From: Candidatus Thorarchaeota archaeon
GTDB lineage: Archaea; Asgardarchaeota; Thorarchaeia; Thorarchaeales; Thorarchaeaceae
Reading direction: 5' to 3'
Length of the DNA: 16,600 bases
NCBI GenBank assembly: GCA_011364905.1
Contig: RDNZ01000053.1
Span: forward strand, 1-16,600
Position numbers and translations under genes: made by a program. Below the pieces are notes generated by a model. It did no database searches. It was not told the DNA's origin and saw only the letters and a program-made list of their open reading frames with translations. Below are positions 1-7,569 of this stretch, one piece after another; the stretch's first letter is position 1; every line of letters starts with the position of its first letter.

Positions 1-1716
1 GGCCCAATTGGGATCAACCGTTACTTCGTAGAAGTCACCAGCTTGCATATCAGTAAACTTGAATGGACCGCAAGTGACAAACGGATCATCAGGGTTGTAT
101 CCTGGGTTCCAAGAGGCCCATCCCTCGTAACCGATACCTGCACCAGGCTCGAAGATGTGCTTCGGGATGATGGAGTTGTACATGGTCAAGTCAAAGTTCC
201 AGTAACTCTCTCTCCCAAACTCGACAACGACTTGGTACGGTGACGGAGCGTATGCAGATAGTAGTTGCGACGCAGTCAGAGTTGAGCTAGATGGATTGCC
301 TAATGGTGCAGTCTCCAAGAGATAGTTGAAGGTGAATGCAACATCATCAGCAGTGAGCGGAACATCGTCACTCCAAGTAGCGTTCTGGATAATGTTAATG
401 GTGAACCTCTCATGTCCTGCAGGCACAGCATCATTATCCGCATGGGTCTCCCGAACATAACTCTCTGCCAATACTGGGTATGGGTTCAAGTCAGGACCGA
501 AGTCATACAGTGATGAGTACAGGCAATCGAAAATGTTAGCCGAGTAAGCCGAACTTGAAGTGAACAGATTGAAGCTGTCTGGCTCCTGACCAATTCTGAG
601 TGATATTTGGCCGCCATAGGTGTTGTCTAGCTTAATCATCTGTTGAAGGTTCCACTTACTATTGAGGTACCTGCCTCTGTCAACGATCCAACCGTGGAAC
701 TTGTCAGTTCTGTAGCCTTGGAGGTAATAGTTCTCATAGGTGATCAATATTGGTACTTGGTACTGCAATACTTCCTGTAATTGGGCAGCTGCATCATATG
801 TCTCTTGAAATGTAGTTGCTGAATCGATGTCATCAATGAGGCCATCTACAGTCTCGTTTCTGAAGTTTGCACGGTTCAAAAAGGGCTGATCTGCATTGCT
901 AGAATAGAACATACTCCTTAGCCATGTTAGGCCCTTGCCATAGAAGGTAGTAGCGAAGAAAACCATGTCATAGTCACCGTGACTATTCAGGTTTGCAAGA
1001 TATGTATTGAAATCTGCTTGGTTCGTTTCAGCCTTGATGTGCAGAGCCGTGAGAGCATCAACACCTATTTGAGCGGTACCACCAGCAATAGCAACTGATG
1101 ATGGTGAGAATGCAATTTCAATGTCAATTGGATTGCCGTTCGGGTCGGTGCGGTATCCAGTAACAGGATCAAAACCGAAACCTGATGCGTTCAATAACGC
1201 GTTTCCGGCTTCATGCTCATCGTTGTAGTAGTGGTATGAAAAGTCGCTTTCAATACAAAACAGATCGTTTGTTTCAACAATGAGTGAGTCGTGTAATACG
1301 CTTAAGCCCTCAAAGAGCTCGTTTTGAACTCTGGTCTTGTCAAAAGCCATTGCAAAAGCCCTGCGAAAAGCAGTCCAGTTCATGGGTGCTTTAGCATTGT
1401 TCATATAGATGTGGCCGTACCCGTTACGGAGGATACTTTCACTTATTTCGATATTGGGATCCGCGGTAAAGACGGGGATGGTTGATGGTTCAATGAAACT
1501 ATCATGTAGATCAATTGCCCCGCTCTGTAGCGCGAGAATCATGTTGTCCTCAGTGGATATCACCTTGAACACAACTTTGTCAACATTTGGAGCCACATTC
1601 AGCTTGTCCAGTCTGAATACTGGCTGGGCGTCGGCTAATACAGGCGAGCCCACCATAAAGAGAAAAGCTGTGATAAGGCAGATAGCAAGAAGACGATTTT
1701 TCTCAGTTTTATTCAT
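1..1716 (-). CDS. oppA: Peptide/nickel ABC transporter substrate-binding protein (SBP family 5), circularly permuted; 3' end runs off the window
   Basis: Absent from the ORF track because there is no stop in the window. Manual translation from ATG at 1716 stays open to position 1: MNKTEKNRLLAICLITAFLFMVGSPVLADAQ (signal peptide)...PNVDKVVFKVI...LALQSGAID...RNGYGHIYMN...FRRAFAMAFDK...YGGQISLRIGQEPDSFN...PVLAESY...WSDDVPLTADDVAFTF...VTCGPFKF...VDPNWA. AGGAGA RBS at 1732-1727. Adjacent to oppB/oppC. Confidence 0.93.
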   Translation of the reverse strand, partial: MNKTEKNRLLAICLITAFLFMVGSPVLADAQPVFRLDKLNVAPNVDKVVFKVISTEDNMILALQSGAIDLHDSFIEPSTIPVFTADPNIEISESILRNGYGHIYMNNAKAPMNWTAFRRAFAMAFDKTRVQNELFEGLSVLHDSLIVETNDLFCIESDFSYHYYNDEHEAGNALLNASGFGFDPVTGYRTDPNGNPIDIEIAFSPSSVAIAGGTAQIGVDALTALHIKAETNQADFNTYLANLNSHGDYDMVFFATTFYGKGLTWLRSMFYSSNADQPFLNRANFRNETVDGLIDDIDSATTFQETYDAAAQLQEVLQYQVPILITYENYYLQGYRTDKFHGWIVDRGRYLNSKWNLQQMIKLDNTYGGQISLRIGQEPDSFNLFTSSSAYSANIFDCLYSSLYDFGPDLNPYPVLAESYVRETHADNDAVPAGHERFTINIIQNATWSDDVPLTADDVAFTFNYLLETAPLGNPSSSTLTASQLLSAYAPSPYQVVVEFGRESYWNFDLTMYNSIIPKHIFEPGAGIGYEGWASWNPGYNPDDPFVTCGPFKFTDMQAGDFYEVTVDPNWA

Positions 1717-1776
1717 GTTCTCTCTATCTCCTTTCTAATCCGAGTCGAATTCGGATGCAGTTCAGATGCGAGAGGC

Positions 1777-1804
1777 GAATAAAAGGGTTACGAATGTCGT
1801 AACC
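1777..1804 (-). promoter_or_regulatory. Candidate oppA promoter (TTTTATTC TATA-like) with adjacent perfect palindrome GGTTACGA-N3-TCGTAACC
   Basis: 8-bp perfect inverted repeat at 1786-1804 lies immediately upstream, on the minus strand, of an AT-rich box at 1784-1777, about 60 nt before the oppA ATG. Confidence 0.5.
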
Positions 1805-1881
1805 GTTGTGTACGGTAGTGCACACACTTTGAATTAAAAATCAAGGTCCAAATGATTCAGTCATTTGTTAAAGAATTCTGC

Positions 1882-1911
1882 AAAATGAAAGGGGGGAGTT
1901 TCCCCCTTTCA
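1882..1911 (-). terminator. Stem-loop plus U-run after oppB
   Basis: Perfect 10-bp stem TGAAAGGGGG (1886-1895) / CCCCCTTTCA (1902-1911) with a 6-nt loop, 4 nt past the oppB stop and followed by TTTT on the minus strand. Confidence 0.7.
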
Positions 1912-1915
1912 AAAG

Positions 1916-2977
1916 TTACCCGTACTTGATTCGTGGATCAAGTACTCCATATAACAGGTCTGCAACAAAGTTTGCCAAGATTGCAGTAATCGCGATTATC
2001 ATGAAGATTGCCTGAACCACAGGGTAATCTAGTGCCACTAGGCTTTCAAAGATGAAACGTCCTAGTCCCCGCCACGTAAAGACAGTTTCTGTTAGTGTTG
2101 CTCCATTTATCAAGAAACCAAAGGTCATTGCAATGATGGTAACCATGGGCAACATAGCGTTTTTCATTCCGTGTTTGTAGAGTACTTGGTTTTCATCCAA
2201 ACCCTTTGCCCGTGCTGTCAAGATATAGTCTTCAGTCATAACATCTATGAGATTGTTACGCATATAGAGGAAATAGCCACCATAACCGCCAACTCCCAGA
2301 GTAATCATGGGCAGGAATAGGTGATGAAGCACATCCCCTGCTACCATAAAGGCACCCCATGGACTTGTCCTTGCCACTTCCCACACCTCATAACTGATAG
2401 TACCAAACTGCGGGAATCCAATAGCAACACCAAATGTATTTTGAGTCCAAACAGGGAGCATATAACCAAAAATCATGAGAAGCATCATGCCCAACCAAAA
2501 GACCGGTAAGGAGTAGATGAACAGAGCCACAGTCACTGCACCAATATCTTTCTTCGATCCTGGATTGGAAGCCACCTTGACACCTGTCCAGATACCAAGA
2601 AGAATCGCAACCATCGAGGATGTACCCATCAACAGAAGTGTGTTGGGTAGACGATCGACGATTGATTCCATCACTGGCTGCTTGGTCAGAAATGATACTC
2701 CGAAATTGCCAGTGAACATGCTTACGATGTAGCGCCAGAACATATAGATCCAATCAAAAATGTCAGGATTCATGACAAGACCGAAATTGGCATACATTTG
2801 CTCCAACAAGTCTTGTGTCAAGGTCTGACGAAGATTATCGCTAATCATCAGACTAATTGGATCCGCCCCAAAAAAGAAGGTCGGGAGTCTGAACAGGAAG
2901 AAGTTGAAGCACACTACAGCTATTATTAGGAGAAACATGTAGATGCTACGTCTTATAACATACTCACGAAGTCCCAT
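1916..2977 (-). CDS. oppB: Peptide ABC transporter permease (OppB/DppB family)
   Basis: GNFGVSF...VMESIVDRLPNTLLL, HLFLPMITL, EAA-type motif EDYILTARAKGL..VLYKH, DYPVVQA, ADLLYGVLDPRIKY. ATG at 2977 is preferred (GGAG about 10 nt upstream); the ORF track start is 2992. Confidence 0.95.
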   Translation of the reverse strand: MGLREYVIRRSIYMFLLIIAVVCFNFFLFRLPTFFFGADPISLMISDNLRQTLTQDLLEQMYANFGLVMNPDIFDWIYMFWRYIVSMFTGNFGVSFLTKQPVMESIVDRLPNTLLLMGTSSMVAILLGIWTGVKVASNPGSKKDIGAVTVALFIYSLPVFWLGMMLLMIFGYMLPVWTQNTFGVAIGFPQFGTISYEVWEVARTSPWGAFMVAGDVLHHLFLPMITLGVGGYGGYFLYMRNNLIDVMTEDYILTARAKGLDENQVLYKHGMKNAMLPMVTIIAMTFGFLINGATLTETVFTWRGLGRFIFESLVALDYPVVQAIFMIIAITAILANFVADLLYGVLDPRIKYG

Positions 2978-3049
2978 TATCTGATGCTCCATCGCTTCTA
3001 GTACATAGTGATACTAAGTACTAAGATGCTTCGTGAGTAGGCCAGTGAC

Positions 3050-3057
3050 TTATAAAA
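3050..3057 (-). promoter_or_regulatory. TATA box (TTTTATAA) of a probable internal oppB promoter
   Basis: Archaeal TATA-like consensus in the oppC-oppB intergenic region, about 70 nt upstream of the preferred oppB start. Confidence 0.5.
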
Positions 3058-3095
3058 GTAGTGTTCAAGGCGGGTGATTGGAAGGAGAGTGAGAA

Positions 3096-3119
3096 GAGAG
3101 ATGGAAAAATCCATCCCTC
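3096..3119 (-). terminator. Stem-loop downstream of oppC
   Basis: Minus strand GAGGGATGGA-TTTT-TCCATCTCTC forms a 10-bp stem with one G-U pair, 20 nt after the oppC stop, followed by a pyrimidine-rich tract. Confidence 0.45.
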
Positions 3120-3139
3120 ATACTCCGTCCCGGAGATTA

Positions 3140-4714
3140 CTATCTCTCTCTCAGCCTTGGGTTCAGTACTTGGTCAAGCGTGTGGCCAACGAATGTGAAA
3201 GACAGGGAGAGAAGCGTTATCATCAAGCCAGGGAAGACAACCACCCACCATGCACCCCTGATAAACGCAGCTCCATTTTGAGCATCCGCAAGCATCCTTC
3301 CCCAACTGGGTACCTCGACATCGGTCAGACCGAGGAATGATAGACCAGCTTCAGAGAGGATTGCCCCGACCACTCCAAGGGTGATGTTCGCAAACAGGAT
3401 AGGAGTCACATTCGGCAAAACATGCCTGAACATGATGTAGGTGTCAGTGGCACCAATTGCCCTCGCAGACTCAACGTAAGCTTTGTTCTTCTCTGCAAGG
3501 ACCTGAGATCGTATCAACCGAGCAGTCCCGGTCCACCCTAATACAGCTATCACAACAATGATGACTGTTTCAGACTTTCCAAGGAAAATAGCCAGTACCA
3601 TCATTAGAGGCAAGCCGGGGATGACCAAAAGGAAGTCAACAAACCGCATAAGCACCTCATCAACCTTCCCACCATAGTAGCCTGCGACAAGTCCGACTAT
3701 TACGCCTAGAATGGTTGAGAGAGCTGTTGCGAGAATTCCGATTGTTAGCGAAACCCGACTTCCATAGATGAGCTGAGAGTATGCATCGGAACCCCAGAAA
3801 GTGGTCCCAAGTCTTCCATAGTAGTTTCCGTAAGCTGTTAGCTTGATACCTGTGACAGTGAATGTGACACTACCAGTATAATTCTCCCACGGGTGGATAC
3901 CACCGTAACTCTCGAAGTTATGATAGGCTGCCATCCCAACGTAGACCTTAACAGTGCTGTTTGTGTAGGTCGGCGTTCCATTTTCAGCAACCATTCCCTG
4001 AAATACGTCTAACACGTCAAGGTATGAGAATGGAATACGACGTTCTCGTATGGGTGTTGAGTATGTGGCATCTAATGTCTCATAGACTTTAAACCACTCA
4101 TTTGCGGGGGTAACAACCCAGACATAAAGTCGGAACATCAGGTTGTTGTAGAGGTGTGCACCTTCAGCGAAGTCGCCAGTCCTAGTAGTTCCAAAGGAAA
4201 TTGACATGTTGACAGCATTTGGCAAGCCATTCCACGGCCAATTAAAAGCCTGTTCGAAGTAGACAAAGTCACTGTAATCAGGTAAATTCCCAGATGGGTC
4301 GATGCCAGTATAATTCAATTTTGTTCCGGCTGTATGTTGCCATGTTAGATTCACATAGTTACCAATACTAGATTCACTTTCCGGCACGTACGTGGCATTA
4401 AACTCGCCACTTGTCCCATTGATATGTATTGGAGGCGCAGTGTTCAGGTCCGCCTTTGTCAGATAATTATTCGTGACAACGCCCTCTGGATCAAAGACAC
4501 TCATCCACGACGGTGCTAGATATGATGGAGCCACAGCCTTCAGTGGGTTGGGACTCCCAGTCCCCAAATAAGGTGCAAATACAGCCATTCCAATGAAGAT
4601 GAGCAGAATACCAAGGCCTATCACTCCGATCTTATGCTTGCGGTATTCTCTGAAGAAGTTCGACAGACCATGGTACCAGTTACTATCTCTCCAACCTTTG
4701 TGTGTCTTTGACAA
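3140..4714 (-). CDS. oppC: Peptide ABC transporter permease (OppC/DppC family) with a ~230-aa extracellular insertion
   Basis: N-terminal RKHKIGVIGL..FAPYL, LGT..GSD..SQLIYGSRVSL, YYGGKVDEVLMRFVD, AYVESARAIGA..IMFRHVLPN, EAGLSFLGL, PSWGRML, LNPR. TTG start with GGAGG at 4726-4722. Confidence 0.95.
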   Translation of the reverse strand: MSKTHKGWRDSNWYHGLSNFFREYRKHKIGVIGLGILLIFIGMAVFAPYLGTGSPNPLKAVAPSYLAPSWMSVFDPEGVVTNNYLTKADLNTAPPIHINGTSGEFNATYVPESESSIGNYVNLTWQHTAGTKLNYTGIDPSGNLPDYSDFVYFEQAFNWPWNGLPNAVNMSISFGTTRTGDFAEGAHLYNNLMFRLYVWVVTPANEWFKVYETLDATYSTPIRERRIPFSYLDVLDVFQGMVAENGTPTYTNSTVKVYVGMAAYHNFESYGGIHPWENYTGSVTFTVTGIKLTAYGNYYGRLGTTFWGSDAYSQLIYGSRVSLTIGILATALSTILGVIVGLVAGYYGGKVDEVLMRFVDFLLVIPGLPLMMVLAIFLGKSETVIIVVIAVLGWTGTARLIRSQVLAEKNKAYVESARAIGATDTYIMFRHVLPNVTPILFANITLGVVGAILSEAGLSFLGLTDVEVPSWGRMLADAQNGAAFIRGAWWVVVFPGLMITLLSLSFTFVGHTLDQVLNPRLRER

Positions 4715-4843
4715 ATTTGTTCCTCCAATGATTTCGCTACTTGTTCAATTATAGGAAGATGCATTCTCTTGGAATTGAAGTGAATGCTCTAGTGTGCTCG
4801 TCAATACGTCGAAAAACTCAGAGATTCCCTAAAAAAGCAATTG

Positions 4844-4875
4844 GTTCGGGTAGGCAAAATAGTTCGGGTATGCAA
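4844..4875. repeat. Direct repeat GTTCGGGTA(G/T)GCAA x2, period 18 bp
   Basis: Copies at 4844-4857 and 4862-4875 are identical at 13 of 14 positions. Confidence 0.75.
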
Positions 4876-4884
4876 CTGATAGTT

Positions 4885-5220
4885 TCAATCACCATCAAGA
4901 GTTTCCTCAAATGGATCCTCCATCAAATCTTCTTCACCTTCATCGGGAAGGCCCTTTTCTTCTCGAGCCTTGATTATCTGTGTTGTCCTTCTGTGAGCTG
5001 CCCACAAATCTGCAAAGACCATTCCAACAAGAAAGATTGTCAAGACGCCTGTCAAAGATAGAACTGCACCAATCAGCTGGAGTGGTAAGAAACCAAAAAT
5101 CCACCATTTGACCAACATCAGATATCCAAGCACAATTAGTATGATGGGAATCAAGAGAATTCGTTTGCGGGGTTCAGTTCTTGTTATTGGAAATGATCGT
5201 ACCTCTGGCATTCTAATCAT
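4885..5220 (-). CDS. Hypothetical small membrane protein (2 TM helices, acidic C-terminal tail)
   Basis: Two hydrophobic stretches (ILLIPIILIVLGYLML; LQLIGAVLSLTGVLTIFLVGMVF) and tail PDEGEEDLMEDPFEETLDGD. It fills the gap between oppC and oppD. Start uncertain (5223 TTG, 5220 ATG or 5211 ATG). Confidence 0.75.
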   Translation of the reverse strand: MIRMPEVRSFPITRTEPRKRILLIPIILIVLGYLMLVKWWIFGFLPLQLIGAVLSLTGVLTIFLVGMVFADLWAAHRRTTQIIKAREEKGLPDEGEEDLMEDPFEETLDGD

Positions 5221-5331
5221 CAAGCATGGACAAGAAGGAATACGCCTTTTACTTTTTCTAAGCAGGTGAGTTAGGTTCCTATGAACAGCCCGTGAATTTC
5301 ATTAAACACGATTACTGTGTCTTTGCATCGA

Positions 5332-5358
5332 TGTCTTGAAAGGAACATATTTAAGACA
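5332..5358 (+). promoter_or_regulatory. Candidate oppD/F promoter (AAAGGAA + ATATTTAA) embedded in an inverted repeat
   Basis: A purine-rich BRE-like run followed by an AT box at about 5347-5354, flanked by TGTCTTGAA / TTTAAGACA arms. Confidence 0.45.
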
Positions 5359-5439
5359 ACCAACCCGCAGCGGTATCTCAATAGGGCGAGGTGATTCCCT
5401 CCTCCTAGTGTAACAGCAAGCTTGATGGAGATTACAAAC

Positions 5440-6429
5440 ATGCCCCTGCTCGATATTAGGAGTCTGAGAATGTACTATACGACACATAGAGGCTTGGTCA
5501 AAGCGGTTGATGATGTGTCTCTCACACTTGAGGCAGGAGAAGCAATAGGGCTTGCAGGCGAGTCAGGCTGCGGAAAAAGCAGTCTTGCATACTCAATCAT
5601 GCAACTGCTTCCGCCTGCTGCAAACATTATTGGTGGAAATGTATACTTTAAGGGTGATGACCTAATCAGGAAGACAGCCAGAGAGATGCGAGATATCCGT
5701 TGGAAGAACGTAGCCATCGTCTTTCAAGGTGCAATGAACGCCTTGAATCCCGTCTTTGAGATAGGAGAACAGATTGCCGAGGCAATCCTTATGCATGAAA
5801 ACGTGACCGAGGAAGAAGCTCTTGACCGTTGCGCAAAGCTCTTTGAAATGGTCGGACTTGATCCTGCTCGTATCCATAACTATCCACATGAGTTCTCAGG
5901 CGGAATGCGTCAGAGAGCTATGATTGCAATGGCGTTGGCATGCAATCCGGATTTAGTGATTGCGGACGAACCAACTACAGCGCTAGATGTCACAATTCAG
6001 GCCCAAATCCTAAAACTAATGCAAAAACTGCAAAAAGACCTAGGCTTATCGCTCATTCTAATAACGCATGACTTGAGTGTAATCGCTGAAACTTGTGACA
6101 AGACAGCAATAATGTACGCTGGAAGAATAGCAGAACTTGCTGATGTAGTGTCGGTTTTCAAAGACCCTATCCATCCATATGCTACTGGTCTAGTGGGAGC
6201 AATTCCAAGCATGGTGAGGGCAGAAAAGAAGAGTCTCACCTCGATTCCAGGATCTCCCCCTGATCTTATAGAGCCTCCATCAGGGTGTCGCTTCCATCCT
6301 CGGTGTCCGTATGCACAAGATATCTGTTCGAGAGAAGAACCGTCTTTTGATGAGATTGAGCCGGATAGATTTGTAGCCTGTCACTTTGCTCACCAACTCA
6401 AAGGCGAGATAGGGCTAGATTTGGAGTGA
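5440..6429 (+). CDS. oppD: Peptide ABC transporter ATP-binding protein (OppD/DppD)
   Basis: Walker A GESGCGKS, Q-loop VFQ, signature YPHEFSGGMRQR, Walker B IADEPTTALD, ITHD, C-terminal HPY and Cys cluster GCRFHPRC..C..VACH. ATG 5440 has GGAG at 5427-5430; the ORF track start is 5422. Confidence 0.96.
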   Translation: MPLLDIRSLRMYYTTHRGLVKAVDDVSLTLEAGEAIGLAGESGCGKSSLAYSIMQLLPPAANIIGGNVYFKGDDLIRKTAREMRDIRWKNVAIVFQGAMNALNPVFEIGEQIAEAILMHENVTEEEALDRCAKLFEMVGLDPARIHNYPHEFSGGMRQRAMIAMALACNPDLVIADEPTTALDVTIQAQILKLMQKLQKDLGLSLILITHDLSVIAETCDKTAIMYAGRIAELADVVSVFKDPIHPYATGLVGAIPSMVRAEKKSLTSIPGSPPDLIEPPSGCRFHPRCPYAQDICSREEPSFDEIEPDRFVACHFAHQLKGEIGLDLE

Positions 6430-6435
6430 TTAATA

Positions 6436-7494
6436 ATGACAGTTGAGAAATCAAGAGTCTTGCAAGGTTCTGTTAATATAAGAGACGGTGAAGTTTTGAT
6501 TTCTATCAAGAACATGCGCAAATGGTTCCCTGTTAATACTGGTTTTCTCTCCTCTTTGTTGTACAGACAAGAGTTGTATGTGAAGGCTGTCGATGGAGTC
6601 ACATTCAATATCATCAAGGGAGAAGTCCTTGTGCTTGCAGGGGAAAGTGGATGCGGAAAGACGACAACTGGGAGATGTGTACTGCATCTAGAAATCCCAA
6701 CTGATGGTGATGTGGTGTATGCTGGGCAGAATCTATCTACACTAGATCGCAATGAACTCAAAGAACTACGAAAGAGGATGCAAATCACATTCCAAGATCC
6801 CTATGAATCACTCAATCCTAAGCAGAGTATTTTCAGTATTGTAGAAGAACCACTATTGGTCCATAGAATTCCTCTTAGTCCAAGTCAAAGACGTCAACGG
6901 GTTCTAGAGGCATTAGAGAACGTGGCACTCACTCCAGCTGAAGATTATATCGATAGATTCCCTCACGAACTCTCTGGTGGTCAAAGGCAGAGAATTTCGG
7001 TTGCAAGAGCGCTCATTCTTCACCCAGAGTTCATGGTAGCTGATGAGCCGGTCTCAATGCTCGATGTATCAATCCGCGCGGAAATCCTAAATCTGCTACT
7101 GACATTGAGAGAAGAACTTGGTCTTACATTTCTGTTTATTACTCATGATCTGGCTGTAGCCACATATATCGCAGATAGGATTGGAATTATGTACTTAGGT
7201 AAAATCATGGAGATCGGACCAGCACACGAAGTGGCATTCAATCCTATGCACCCATACACCCGAGCCCTAATCTCAGCAGTCCCATCGGGAGATCCAACCG
7301 TAAAAAGACGAGTTGAATCACTTAAAGGTGAACCACCTAGTCCAATCAATGTCCCATCAGGTTGTAGATTTCACCCGCGATGCCCATATGCCCAGGAAAT
7401 ATGTGTAAGAGAGATTCCTGATGACCGTGACATGGGAGAGGGCCGCTTGGTGGCATGTCACTTTGCAGGCGAGTTACCTGAAGCTCAGCTGTGA
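6436..7494 (+). CDS. oppF: Peptide ABC transporter ATP-binding protein (OppF/DppF)
   Basis: GESGCGKTT, FQDPYESLNP, FPHELSGGQRQR, VADEPVSMLDVS, ITHD, HPYT and the C-terminal Cys cluster. Starts 6 nt after the oppD stop. Confidence 0.96.
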   Translation: MTVEKSRVLQGSVNIRDGEVLISIKNMRKWFPVNTGFLSSLLYRQELYVKAVDGVTFNIIKGEVLVLAGESGCGKTTTGRCVLHLEIPTDGDVVYAGQNLSTLDRNELKELRKRMQITFQDPYESLNPKQSIFSIVEEPLLVHRIPLSPSQRRQRVLEALENVALTPAEDYIDRFPHELSGGQRQRISVARALILHPEFMVADEPVSMLDVSIRAEILNLLLTLREELGLTFLFITHDLAVATYIADRIGIMYLGKIMEIGPAHEVAFNPMHPYTRALISAVPSGDPTVKRRVESLKGEPPSPINVPSGCRFHPRCPYAQEICVREIPDDRDMGEGRLVACHFAGELPEAQL

Positions 7495-7569
7495 TAATAA
7501 TGATGCAAAGGCATGGATTACCTGCTCTCAGTATGTAATTCATCTATCCTAATTCAATGAGGCTGTAGT

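Noticed and set aside
1409-1738. 109-aa plus-strand ORF (also 43-243)
   Set aside because: Antisense shadow of oppA, which carries clear family motifs.
6283-6387. Cys cluster GCRFHPRC..C..VACH repeated in OppD and OppF
   Set aside because: Standard C-terminal Fe-S-binding extension of oligopeptide ABC ATPases; reflects paralogy, not novelty.
2321-7543. Short ORFs overlapping the opp genes (e.g. 2388-2753, 3074-3340, 4741-5061, 5302-5487, 6390-6788, 7346-7543)
   Set aside because: Antisense or alternative-frame ORFs with no motifs, overlapping well-supported genes or promoter regions.
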